Shown: piece after piece, positions 14,805 through 27,662 of the stretch | How the letters are laid out: each line of letters starts with the position of its first letter | Numbering within the stretch: position 1 is the stretch's first letter | DNA from: Octopus sinensis | Lineage: Eukaryota | Length of the DNA stretch: 64,000 nt | NCBI RefSeq assembly: GCF_006345805.1 | Contig: NC_042999.1 | Location: forward strand, 130,758,001 to 130,822,000 | Direction: 5' to 3' | Translations under genes and position numbers: made by a program | Notes under the pieces: model-generated | Told to the model about the DNA's origin: nothing | The model's database searches: none | The model's input: only the letters and a program-made list of their open reading frames with translations

Positions 14805-14950
14805 GCGATGTGCGTCGGCAATTTCTAACTTTTTATGCGATGTGCACCAGCAATTTCTAACTTCCCTTGCGAAGAGCGCCAGTGTTTTTAACTTTCCATG
14901 TGAAGTGTACCAGAACTTTTTAATATTCCCTGTGAAGTGTACCAGTTATG
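14805..14950. repeat. Degenerate minisatellite, period 31-33 bp, about 5 units
   Basis: Units of the form g(c/t)ga(t/a)gtg(c/t)accag...tttctaactt. Confidence 0.65.
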
Positions 14951-15046
14951 TTTTGTTTGATCTCCGTGCACCACGAGCTCAAAAATATTGAGAACTCCTG
15001 CCCCAGTGATTCTGCCACTCCATGGCCATTATATGTGTTGATAATG

Positions 15047-15447
15047 AAGGTGGCGAGCTGGCAGAATCGTTAGCCCGCCGGACAAAATGCTTAGCGGAAT
15101 TTCGGCTGCCGCTACGTTCTGAGTTCAAATTCCGCCGAGGTCGACTTTGCCTTTCATCCTTTCGGGGTCGATTAAATAAGTACCAGTTACGCACTGGGGT
15201 AGATGTAATCGACTTAATCCGTTTGTCTGTCCTTGTTTGTCCTCTCTGTGTTTAGCCCCTTGTGGGTAGTAAAGAAATAGGTATTTCATCTGCTGCTACG
15301 TTCTGAGTTCAAATTCCACCGAGGTCGACTTTGCTTTTCATCCTTTCGAGGTAGATAAATAAGTACCAGTTGTGTACTGGGGGATCGATGTGATCGACTA
15401 TCACCCTCCCCACAAAATCCAGGCCTTGTGCCTATAGTAGAAAAGAT
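15047..15447 (+). mobile_element. Composite SINE-A with a 17-bp outer TSD
   Basis: attatatgtgttgataa flanks both ends; internal junction aaagaaata|ggtatttc at 15279/15280. Confidence 0.88.
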
Positions 15448-15514
15448 TATTATATGTGTTGATAACATATCAAATTTTCTCAGTTCAACGATAGATTTAA
15501 CAATTACTCCAGTA

Positions 15515-15955
15515 ACTGGTTTCGAATCTTGGCACAGGACCAGTAATTTTAAGGTGTTTGTGGGGAGTAGGTAAACTGATTAGATCGATCCCCAGTGTTC
15601 AACTGGTACTTATTTTATCAAAACCCCCACCCAAAAAATAAAAGCAAAGTCGACCTTGGCGGAATTTTAATCCAGAACGTATAAAGGCAGAAGAAATGAA
15701 AAGCCGCTAAGCGTTTTCTTCGACACGCCAACGATACTATCAACTCACCGCCTTTGTAATAATTCTTTCTATTATAGACACAGGCCTGAAACTAAAGGGG
15801 AAAGGGGGTAAGTTGTTTACATTACCTTCAGTGTTCAACTGATACTTATTTTATCGTTCCCCAAAAGGATGAAAAGCAAAGTTGGCTTCGGTGTAATTTG
15901 AACTCAGAACGTAAAGCCGTGCTAAGCATTCTGCCAACTCACCAGCTATTAAAAT
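15515..15955 (-). mobile_element. Two tandem SINE-A copies
   Basis: 15515-15755 and 15765-15955. Confidence 0.8.
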
Positions 15956-16684
15956 GATATGATTCTCAATCTTGATCACTGTGTATAATCATCATTGCCA
16001 AGAACTGATACTTGTAGACATTCTCAGGCATTTCCTATTTAAAAGTTACCCGCAAGCTATTGTCAGTTTTTACTTACAAAGGCAAAAATCGACAAAAACT
16101 AAAAAGGACTTAGGTCACAAGTTAAGTAATGAATCAACGACCTGTTGACATAGCTGAGTAACTTCCAAGTTTTTCATCCCGTAAAATATTTCTTTTGTTT
16201 GATTAGCTTGTTTCTGTTGTGTTGCGTTAGACATGTATTGAATGAAAGTAGACGAAAGCACGTACTTCCTAATAATCATCAAAGCTCGATGAATAATAAC
16301 ATAACAGCACGCTGAGTTGCATTAGTAAAGTAAATGAAAGAGATACATCCTTTATCAAGGTGTGTAGTCAGTTGGTTGATCGAATATCAAAAGTGAATTC
16401 TTCGAATTTCAAGCTTTGCCAGCTGCTACAAATAACCGGGGACATTATGCCAGAGAAAGGAGTAATAAATGGACCACTCAAACAGTAAAAGTTTCTTAAT
16501 TCTACTCTCTGTAAAAAGGTTATTATCGATTGCAGATCAGATCTATTCGTGAAGATCGGGAAGGTAGTAAAGGCCTGTGTTGGCATGGCCTGGATTAGAA
16601 ATCAGACTAAAGAAATGTGTGTTGTTAAAAAACAAAAAAAAAGAAGTCTAATCTTTCGTATTTTTGTTTTGTCTTTAATATATA

Positions 16685-16914
16685 TATTTCTTTATTGCCC
16701 ACAAGGGGCTAAACATAGAGGGGACAAACACGGACAGACAAAGGGATCAAGTCGTTTACATCGACCCCAGTGCGTAACTGGTACTTAATTTATCGACCCC
16801 GAAAGGATGAAAGGCAAAGTCGACCTCGGCGGAATTTGAACTCACAACGTAACGACAGACGAAATACGGCTACGCATTTCGCCCGGCGTGCCAACGTTTC
16901 TGCTAGCTCACCGC
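16685..16914 (-). mobile_element. Young SINE-A, free-standing tail variant
   Basis: Full head; tail gggcaataaagaaata. Confidence 0.88.
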
Positions 16915-17114
16915 ATTCGTTTTGTCTTTAATATAGTCAGTGTTTCATCTCGCAACGAGACATTAGACATCTCTCCATTTATAGTAATCGGTTGCAATCT
17001 GAGAAGATCTAAAACTGATAAACGTAACTTTCTTCATATTCAAACTAATTGGTACAAAAAAAAAAAATTCCTCAACTAAAGCGATTCAATGACAATAAAC
17101 AATAATCGTTTTCA

Positions 17115-17340
17115 AAGGGGTGAGCTGGCAGAATCGTTAGCATGCTTGGCGAAATGTTTAGCGGTATTTCGTCTGCCTTTATGTTCTGAGTTCAAATTCC
17201 GCCGAGGTCGGCTTTTCCTTTTATCCTTTCGGGGTCGATAAATTAAGTACCAGTTACGCACTGGGGTTGATGTAATCGATTTAATCTCTGTCCTTGTTTG
17301 TCACCTCTATGTTTAGCCCCCTGTGGGCAATAAAGAAATA
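17115..17340 (+). mobile_element. Young SINE-A with a 22-bp TSD
   Basis: aataaacaataatcgttttcaa / aataagcaataatcattttcaa. Confidence 0.9.
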
Positions 17341-18244
17341 AATAAGCAATAATCATTTTCAATGCAATATTTATTTAAAGTGGAGTAAATTTGATTTTAT
17401 TTCTGGATACATGTTACATAAAACGTATTTTGTGTCGAAAAGAGATCAGTTGAGAAATTAATGTAAAGCGAAAATAAAAATGTCCAAAAACTGAAAGGGA
17501 GAAATAAAAATATTTTGCGTAATAATAATAATAAACACTCTAAATTAGTTTATACATGAATGATCATGCATTACAGTGTATGTGCGGTATTGTGTGTATA
17601 TATTTATTTAAGGATACACATCTAAGTGTATGTGTGTGTGTGTGTGTGTGTGTATGTATATGTTTTGTTGTGTATGTAGGTTATTTCGTTGTATTAAAGT
17701 AATTGGAAAGGACTGATGTTTACCTAGTGTACTATAAAATATTCCAAGTGTGATGATAATCACACCCACGCACGCGCGCGCATACAAGCAGGGATGGGAG
17801 AGGGAGTAATTTGTAATTTTAAGACGCATTGTGAAGATATCAGTTTGTAGCACATCATTTTTGTGCAAGCAGCCCACTGAACATTCGTCATAAACTACTT
17901 CTGTGGTATGTCTGTTTTATGTTTGTAGTATTTGTTTTCTCATAGATTCCTCACGCCAGCATAATCGATGCCTTTTTTTTTTTATCTTCATTGAAATCAT
18001 AAACATTTTTGTTGTACATCATCTCTGTAACACTGTATCGACCAGACTATCGAATGTTATTATACACCATTGATCACAATGCGCTTTCAGTTCTTTCTTG
18101 ATTGCGCCTTTCTTTTCCATTTTAGTTCAAATCATTTAACAAAATTGTCCTCCCATCGTTATTGAGGCCTGCCGAGTGGTCCTGCACGAAGACGTATTTG
18201 AAAGCTACAGCAATACATCTTCACACAGGACGAAAAAGCCTGTA

Positions 18245-18467
18245 AAATATCAGTTTCAAATTTTAGCACGAGACCAGCAATTTCGGGAAAAGGAGTGGGT
18301 TGATTATATTTACCCCAGTGCTCGTTTGGTACTTATTTTATCAACCCCGAAAGGATGAGAGGCAAAGTCAAACTTGGCGGAATTTGAACGCAGAATGTAA
18401 AGACGGGCGAAATGCCGCTAAACATTTTACCCGGCGTGCTAATGTTTCTGCCTGCTTGCCGCCTTAA
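18245..18467 (-). mobile_element. SINE-A
   Basis: Core and head motifs present. Confidence 0.85.
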
Positions 18468-19778
18468 TAGCCTATAAAATATCAACACAGATTAAATACT
18501 ACTGAATTTTAGAGATTTCAATTTAATTATATCTTTAAAATTTGTTTTGTTTTCAATTATCTTATATTTTTTCTCCTATAGGCTACAATCGTTGAGATTG
18601 GATAAAGAATTCATATTTATGGAAGAACAAGCATTTTGTTGATTATCGGGATGAACTGACAATACTTCAACTACCGAAATAGTAACAACTACAAATACAT
18701 CAGCTCTAGAAGAAGAACCAAAGAATAATATTAATACCAATCCAAGAGAGAACAAAGCATTAAATCATCCGTTATTTGTGAATGTCTAGAGACAAACATT
18801 TAACATAACATTTTACATCGCTGAAAGTAAGTATAGTCGTTAATAATTCTTTTTATGTATTACAATGAGTCACATTCGTTCGCCATCTCTACTCCTCCCC
18901 TCCTTCTCTACCTCCTCCTCTTCTTCTTTTTCTTCTTCTTCTTCTTCTTCTTCTTCTTCTTCTTCCTTCCTTCCTTCCTTCCTTTATTCATTCCTGTATT
19001 TTCTTTTCGAGTTAGCGAGTTTTTTCACCAACTTTGATCCCACAAGTTACTTAGTATTCACGCAAAGACGTATGCTTATACACATGCACACAAATTATTC
19101 ATACGCAACGGTAGCAATTTCCCTTACTTTTTCTCTCAAAATGTATCTGTTTGTGTATATTTGGAGTAGAAAGGCGAATATATATGCGGTTGCATATTTG
19201 CTTCTTCATCGTTCCCTCTCTCTCACTCCTTCTCCTCGACTCTCTCATCGGTGACACGTGACGAAAGAGAATCTATCTTTCTGTCCGTTACCTTCCTAAA
19301 GACAACACGTTGTTATACTGTCTCCTCTCATAAGCTCGTCTTCCTAGCGTTCATAATAATTTTTCTATCGTCTTGGTTTAACAGCCCTCACCGTTTGTTT
19401 TTACTGTTTTGTTCTCACTGTCCTGTTCTTGTTACCACTTTCACCCTCCGCAAAAAATCGCAAATTTTATTTAATTTGCTTTGCGGGAAGGATTGTTTCA
19501 ACTAAGTCGCGTATTGTCCTTGCCTTCGTAACGCGGAGTACATGAAACAGGGACAACTGAAGAAGGGGAATATTCTTTATGTTGCATGTCTCGTTTCTCT
19601 GTTTGTTTTTGTTTCTTTTTTTCGTTCTTCGAAAAATAAGTACGTTTCTATGTTTTTGTTTTTATATTTTCCTTTCTTATTGTGTTCAACGTTTTTTGAT
19701 GTCATGTACCCATATATGCATGTATATATACATATATATGTAGGTATGTACATATATGTATGTATATATGCATATATT

Positions 19779-19875
<97 letters not shown>

Positions 19876-21690
19876 GCGCGCACGCGTGTGTCTGCATGCA
19901 TGTATGTATGTATGTATGTATGTATGTATGTATGCGTGATAGTCGCCCAATATCACCAGCTTAGAAATTTCCAACAAAGTCACTTCTTAACTTGTAAAAT
20001 TGATGAAGTGAAAGGTCAGCTTCAATGCCTGTAGGTTGATGGGCTTTAAGAAAAACGTGAATCCTAAAATTTTATGATATTGGAGCGGCATTGAGCATTC
20101 TGGGGTGGTTGGGGAATGTTTAGTGCGAGTTCAGTGAAGTGAGACACAGTAATGGTGACAAGAAAAGGAAACAAAGATAGGCATGGATGGAAGTGGTAGG
20201 CTGTTAGTTAATTCAGACAAGCAAAGATCATTGTTGTAGTAGTAGTAGAAGAGACAAAGGGAAGAAATAATGTCTGTTAGCTACTGACTGCGACGTGTGG
20301 GTGATTGAGGTTCAATCGAATGGTTTTCTTTACTATGTGATCGAGAATGTTAGAGTGTGTGACACTGTCCCAAACATGTAATCAATACTTTGATGTATTT
20401 CAACCTAATCATCAAAACTGAAGTATGTCCCAAATTTTTAAATGAAATTCTTGTATTTATGATGAGGTTTTGACAGTGTGTATGTATGTATGTATGTATG
20501 TATGTATGTATGAAATGAATGTATATGTGTGTGTGTGCGTGTATGCGTTTTTTCGCGGACGTGCATTTGTATATATAAACCAGAGGTTGTGAGGTGAAAC
20601 ACCTAAAGTAACTTTTATGGTTTTAGTTGCTATTCATGAGGTTTTGTGATCGTCGTCGCCGTCGTTGTTGTTGCTTATCTTTAGGTCAATCTTGATTAAG
20701 TAAACCTATGATCAAAGCCATTCAAGCCATGACCATCCCGTTTTTCTTTTCTTCCGACACATTCTCCAAGGTGTCTCTTTTTAAGAGTGCAGGATGTAAT
20801 ATGAGGCAGTTTTTTGATGTTACACAGTTAACTAAATGTTTGTGCTCTTGAAAGAAATTAGGTTGTCACGTTCAAATTAAACGGTGCTCTTAAGATCTGT
20901 CTGTGTATATTTGGTGTGCGGTGTTTCGGTTTGTCTGTGGGTAGCTTCTACCTGAGGAATGTTAAAGGAGTGTGTGCTGCTAGATGTGATAGTGTGTTGG
21001 TTGTTAATGTGTACTCTTGTGTGGTGATACGACTAAACATTGAATGCATCAGAGTGAATAGCTGCAACGATGCGGTCTCCTTGCTAGGAAACCGAGTCCA
21101 GAAATGAGAGACTAGTAAATACAACAGACGGGAAATTTTGCTAGGCGGTTAAAATGGCAGACATGACCGAAAGTTTTACCAATGTCATGTGAAATGGTAT
21201 TGTTTCCGCCAATGTTTTCGAAGACCAAAACCACTAGTGAATGCCATAGAAAGAAAATCCCGAGTAGATTTAGTTCTAGGTAAGCTATACGGGTGGACAC
21301 TGAGTGGAGTCAAGAACTGAAAGTGATGACGGAAATAATTTTAAACAACTCTTTCTATGACTTTTTAAATATTGGGGGAGCGATAGATTGGTTTCTTCCA
21401 TAATCTGAGAGATTGCAAGGATGGAGTGACACTGTAGCGTATTTCCAAAAATTGGCATATACTTTACACACACACACACACAAGTCAGGAAAAGTCAGAA
21501 GCTAGCTCTGGAGTGTAGTGTTTCAGGATAATTTTAGGATGTTTAACCCCACCCAGCTCGGCTTTCATCGTGAAAATTTATGATCAATGTCGTTCATTCA
21601 TGCTTTTAATGTCTTTTCTTCCGAAATAGTATACTCCAGACCACATTATTCAATCTCTTCTTTATTTTAGAACAATAACGTATAATTTGT

Positions 21691-21950
21691 GAAGGTACGT
21701 GACATAGTGGTTAGGGTATTGCACCCATGAGTGTAAGATCGTGGTTTTGATTCCCGGACCGGGCAGTGATTTGTGTTCTTGAGTAAAACACTTCATTTCC
21801 TTTTACTCCAGTCCACTCAATTATAAACGAGTTCTAGCAATTGCTGGGAAGTAAACCCTGCGAGGGACCGGTGTCCCGTTCAGGGGGCGGGTACTTTTGT
21901 AACGGGTAAGCTCCGGCCTTGTGGGTCCTAGGGCTCATGAAAGACCCTAA
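21691..21950 (+). mobile_element. tRNA-derived SINE, diverged
   Basis: tagtggttagg, ttgattccc, gtgttcttgagtaaaacac. Confidence 0.7.
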
Positions 21951-22751
21951 GGTACAGTTTGGGGGGAGATTTAGATGCCATGGAGGAAGGTTACGGGACC
22001 GTTTTTAGTAGTCTAAGATAGGTTGAGGTAAAAACATGGTTGGCATAGAACTAGTGAATCTCCACCCGGTTAGCTGACTCAAACTACCAAAGTATTCGGG
22101 GTGGGAGTACCATGAAGGAGGATGTGTAGTGTATAGTTTTAATTATGCAGGAAGCAATATATAGATTCTTTACGTGTGCGCGTGTGTGTGTGTGTGTGTA
22201 CACGGGCGTGCACACACGTGCATATAATACATATATCGACATATATCTATGTATATTGAAAGCTGCTTATTGTGAACATTCTGGGATGGAACGTTTGGGA
22301 TGGAACAGTCTGGGATGGAACGTTTTGCATTGAAAACAAAGAAACATTTTTATTCCTATCTTCTATTTTTATTAATTTATCTATTTATATATTTATTGTT
22401 TCTTAATAACTCTGAGAATATGTATTATTAAAGAAAGAGATAGGAAGGAAGGATAAGAAGTGAGTAACCAATTGAAAAAAGTGTTAATAGGTGGCTAGTA
22501 GCCAGAGTAATACACAATTGTGTGAGTGTACATACACTCACATCCGACTGTTCATCTCCCAAAAGATTCATGCTTTAAACTATTACCGGTTGTTTGTCTG
22601 ATCATTCTTTCTTTCTAGTGTACATGTACTCGCTCAATGATAAACCACTTATAGCCATTCATTGCTAGACAGCAACAACACCACTTATGGTTTTCGTCCT
22701 AGTTCAAGCCGGTGTTTTAGGTGGTGAGTCAACTTGAACATACATACATAC

Positions 22752-23213
22752 ACACGTCAAATGTAAACATAACAGACCAGATATTGTTGTTTGGGACAGA
22801 GGGGCAAAGACATGTACCATCATAGAGGTCAGCTAATCAGCAGATATAAACAACTCTTCGAAAATCAAAGAAAAAGAGGATATCTATGGACAACTGTTTC
22901 GAAACCTCCAGCTTTTATATCCAGATTATGAATTCATATTCATACCAATAATAACTGGAGCATTAGGTTTTGTTAATAAATGCTTAAATGAGAATCTGGA
23001 TAAACTGGGATTATCAGAAAAAGAAATCAACCGGCTAATTCGTACATTACAAGTGCAGTGTGTGAGTGGAACAGTGAAAATATGCAAGACTTTTCTCAAG
23101 TTTCAAATGTGAATTTGTCTGTGTTAACTACATCCCAAAGATGGAACCTTGTATCTTTGTTGGAAACAGGCTCCCTCCTCAATGGAAGGTTTATATTTAA
23201 AAAATAGAAGATT
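22752..23213 (+). mobile_element. 3' end of a restriction-like-endonuclease LINE (R2/R4/NeSL group) inside (CATA)n
   Basis: Hand translation of 22762-23112: CKHNRPDIVVWDRGAKTCTIIEVS*SADIN...KEKEDIYGQL...IPIITGALG...KICKTFLKFQM*, a PD-(D/E)xK-type RLE motif with one internal stop. Confidence 0.8.
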
Positions 23214-23319
23214 CATACATACATGCATACATGCATGCATACATACATACATACATACATACATACATACATACATACATACATACATACAACATACATA
23301 CATACATGTAAATGCAAAC

Positions 23320-23480
23320 ATGGTTGAGCAGTTAAGAATTTCGCTTTGCGATTCCGTGGATTTGCGTTCGGTCTCATTTGGGCAAGTGCTTTATTCTTTA
23401 GCGCTGGACCTACAAATGCCTTGTGAGTAAATTTGATAAGCAGAAAATAGGCGAAAGCCCATTTCGTGTGTGTGTGTGTG
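23320..23480 (+). mobile_element. SINE-B 5' half
   Basis: ttgggcaagtg ... gccttgtgagt. Confidence 0.6.
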
Positions 23481-25146
23481 TGTCCGCGCCCCCGCGAACA
23501 TACATATATGTGTATGTGTGTGGTGTTTGTATGTGTATGTACATTTTTTTATCCTTCTTATTAGTACGGTTTGGTGTCAAAGCGCACGCATATATCTGTG
23601 CGTGTGTGTGTACGTGTGTGCTTGGCATGCGTGTGCATGCATGTGTGTGTGTGCATGCGTGTGTGTTTGTGCATTTGCGCGCGTGTGCGTATACGTGCGT
23701 GTGCATGTGTGCGCGCGCATCGCGCGCGCGTAAGAGAGAGAGGGAGACAAATTACGATAAACACAAATTTTTATTTGATCTTGGTTGTTTGGAACTCTGC
23801 ACTGAATGTTCCAAGTTTAATTGGATGCATAAATATTAGTGTGTATGTATGTATGTATGTATGTATGTATGTATGTATGTATGTATGTATGTATGTATGT
23901 TAGTGTGTGCCAGTGTGTGCAGAGGGTGTAAGAGTCGAACTATGCACATATTTATATTAACACATCCATAAGCAATCACATACATAAGTATAAATCAGTG
24001 AATGCGTGTTTGTGTGTGTGTTCATACATATATACATACAGACGCGTATTTTTGATATATGATTCTTATATAGACACAGTCTGAGGATCTTTCAAGGACG
24101 GGAAACTGTGATATGTTCCCGATGGTGTCCAGGGCATTAATGGCATTAAGTAGAATGAAATAGCGCCAACCAGGAATAAAGGGAAACAATATTGATGCGA
24201 AAGAGACGGTCTGGGGGGATTCAAATCTACACCACTTGGTTAACGCCCTACCATTGGTTTAAACATAATTTTATTTTGTTTTAATATATTGTAGTTTTTA
24301 ATTTCTCGTATTTCTTCTGATATTTTTTACTAATTATTTTGCATTTTGAGAATTAATTTCCCCCAAAACTGTTCCGCTGACGTTTTAATCTGATATGAGT
24401 CACATAACTACACTCGGTGCATATTCGCTATTTTGTTTCTTTTTATTTAACTTCTTGGGTATTTTTTGAAGTGGCATTAGTTAGGGAAACTTAATGTATT
24501 TTCCATGTGATGCTGTTCTGTGTTTTGAATTGGAATATACTTAGATATTCGAATCGATTAATTGGGTAGACGCTGTTTAATGTGTGTGGTGGGTATTCGA
24601 TATAAAAAAATATTAATGCAGGCCACCAACATTTCTGGCGTTGGTTATGAAGGATTTGTCAAATAGCGTGGCGCAAATAATTCCTTGTAGAGGCATTGTC
24701 TCTATTCCTTTGGCTCTTACTCATTTCAGGGGCACCACCTTGAAGGGCTTTGTCGAACAAATCGGCCCCAGTATGTATTTTTTAAAAGTCTTGCACTTAT
24801 TCTATCGGTCTCTTCTGTCGAACTGTTAAGTCACGAGGATGTAAGTTACGAGGATGTAAACAAAGTCACGAGGATGTAAACAACGAGGATGTTAAGTCAC
24901 GAGGATGTAAACAAACCAACACCGATTGCCAAGAGGTATTGAGGACACGCACCATCACCTACGCACACATAGAACGTAAAGAGCCACAAGAAATGCCGCT
25001 AAGCATTGTATCCCTCTCGCCAACGATTCTACAGGCTCGCTGCCATTATGTAATATATATAATGTAAGAAATGTATGTATGTATACCAGTCATGAGCAAC
25101 CTGCGGTCCGCGGGACTTTCTTTCTGAATAGTGCGGCTAATGAGAT

Positions 25147-26030
25147 ATTGGCTTCAGGTTTTGGCAGAATGCCTGCAATTTCGGGGTATAAGGTAAGCCG
25201 ATTACCGTAAATCCTCGAGTATAATCCGCATTTTTCCCCAAAATTTAAAGGTCAAAATCCCTAGTGCGTACTATACACGAGGTTAAAAATGAAATTTATT
25301 TTCTAAGCAATGTTCGAGACTCTATTTGCTGTCCGGCAAGGTTTATTCAGACGCATTAAGCTAAGCCTGAAAGCAATGAAATCATAAAAGAATCATCCAT
25401 AACTTGCAATAAGCAACATTTATTAAACGTTATTACTGTTATTTCTTTATTTTCTGCTGACAAAATGCACAAAAAAGCTACACGTTTGCATTATGTTATA
25501 TATACAATAATAATAAAGGACGTTACCGTATACATTTTTACAAACCAAGGATGTTATATAGACCTCCTTGGGTCAAGTTAGAGAAGGGGTGCGTATTATA
25601 CACAAGGTTTAGGTTTTTCAGAGGTACAGCCTTCTAAAAATCCCCTGCGTATTATACTCAAGGGTGGACTATACTCGAAGATTTACGGTACATCAACCCG
25701 GGTACTCAGCAAGTACTTATTTTATTGACTCCGAAAAGATAAAATGCAAAGCTGACCTCAGCGGAATTTGAACTCAGAACGTAAAAACAAACGAAATGCC
25801 GCTAAGCATTATGCTACCAACACGCCGCCTTTCGCCAAACGAAATATCGGTTTCAAATTTTGGCACAAGGGCAGCAATTTCGAGGGGTTGGATAAGTCAG
25901 TTACATCGACCTCAGTACTTAACTGGTAGATATTTTATTGACCCACGAAATGATGAAAGGCAATGTCGACCTCGGCGGAATTTGAACTCAGAACACGAAG
26001 ACAGACATGGCTCTGCTAGCTCGACGCCTT
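25147..26030 (-). mobile_element. Two tandem SINE-A copies, the first interrupted by the MITE
   Basis: 25147-25830 and 25840-26030. Confidence 0.8.
25205..25688. mobile_element. Second copy of the same MITE, opposite orientation, inserted into a SINE
   Basis: Same TIRs; TA duplication inside the SINE motif gattacatc; lacks an internal segment of about 30 bp present in the 9002 copy. Confidence 0.9.
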
Positions 26031-26140
26031 CTTATGCCTAACGAAATATTACCTTCAGTGTTTTAACAGTTGACCTGCCTAATGACGATCGATTCTCGTA
26101 AAAGGCTGTCCATGCCTGTTGTATACACACGAGCGCGCGC

Positions 26141-26197
<57 letters not shown>

Positions 26198-26465
26198 TCT
26201 GTATGTGTCGGGTAGAGAAATTGCACTCACGTAGTAAATGACTTTAGAAATGTTATGGACGTAATGACGCCCTTTCGTCCCATCCTACTTCCTTGGAGTA
26301 AAGAGAGCTAATTAACCAATCGAGCAATAGATACTGTTATTATATTATTGGTGGGCAGGATGTATAAATATATTTATATAAATATTTATCTTTCTGTATA
26401 TAAGTAAATATAAATATATATAAATATATATATATGTACCTCCCTTTCTCTCCCTACCTCTATCC

Positions 26466-26542
<77 letters not shown>

Positions 26543-27006
26543 ATATAAATAGATAGATGTACAACAGCTAACACCTGACATCTGGTTATTCGAATTTCTC
26601 CTTTCCGATCATCAGATTGGACTTCATTTCCAGTTTTGTACTCGGAAACATGACATTTTTTAATTATGTATGCATATATACATCGATATGTATTATCGAT
26701 TTGTATGTGTATACGCATGTATAGATATATGTGGGTGTATGTGCATGTGCAGTTTTAGGTAAATATACCCTAATTACCAGACCGTATAGTCACTAGTATA
26801 CAAAAATGCAGGATAGCCACGGCTAGAGTGGATCAGGTCCATTCGATCAGAGCCAACTAGAGCTAAGCAACAAAAACGACTATAGTATATCCACATAGCA
26901 TTTCTTAGTTTGCTTTCTGAATCACTCGGTGTCATTTATTATATATGTAAGAAAAGCATTTCAACGAATCGCAAGAAGGCCTTACAACAATCATATCTTC
27001 TTTCGC

Positions 27007-27316
27007 TCTTTTCAAGCCTAGCCAGGCTCATGGGCCCGGTTTCCCGGTTTCTGTGGCGTATGTGTTCCACCCAGCTGAACGGGATGCTAGTCCATCGCAG
27101 CGTTACTCAAGCAACAGGAAGAGAGAGTGAGAGAAAATTGTGGCGAAAGAGTACAACAGGGGTCACCCCCACCCCACCCCCACTCCCGCCGGAGCCTTGT
27201 GGAGCTTTCAGGTGTTTTCGCTCAAGAACCACACACAACGCCCGGTCTGGGACTCGAAACCGCGATCCTCCGACCGCGAGTCCGCTGCCCTAACCACTGG
27301 GCCACTGCGCCTCCAC
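27007..27316 (-). mobile_element. Young tRNA-derived SINE with clear A and B boxes
   Basis: Minus strand: tggcccagtggttag ... ggtttcgagtccc; central gatggactagcatcccgttcag. Confidence 0.85.
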
Positions 27317-27390
27317 CCTTATAACAATAATAGGCCTTATAACGATAATAGACGTTATAACAATAACAGACCTTATAACAATAACAACCA
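27317..27390. repeat. 18-bp tandem repeat x4
   Basis: ccttataacaataatagg units. Confidence 0.75.
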
Positions 27391-27662
27391 AACCCCTCCT
27401 ATATCTCTTACAGTAAGATCGTTATACAGGCACACAGTAACCCCAACATATACAGACGGCAAGAATACATACTAATAAACATAAATACCAAGCTTCTCGA
27501 TGGTCGCTCGAACTACTAAATACAGCAGCGAAGTTACACTCAAATCTCATACAACTAGAAAGAAAGGACACTTTGGATCGTGTAGTCATCAATAGGATGA
27601 CCACAGCTAATTTGACTTTTGTTATAGGTCTTCTCCATCGGAGATTACCTTGGGCTAAACAA

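Noticed and set aside
18570-18830. Exon-like segment between tttttctcctatag and gtaagt
   Set aside because: No uninterrupted recognisable reading frame and no supporting neighbouring exons.
24070-24265. CTGAGGA...GAAA on the + strand
   Set aside because: Helices I and III do not form; the region looks like a minus-strand tRNA-derived SINE.
24835-24915. CRISPR-like short repeats (also 27317-27390 and 30154-30222)
   Set aside because: Head-to-tail tandem units without unique spacers, no cas genes, eukaryotic context.
27240-27316. tRNA-like sequence with A and B boxes
   Set aside because: It continues into a SINE body and has no complete cloverleaf or acceptor stem; the same applies to the other SINE heads.
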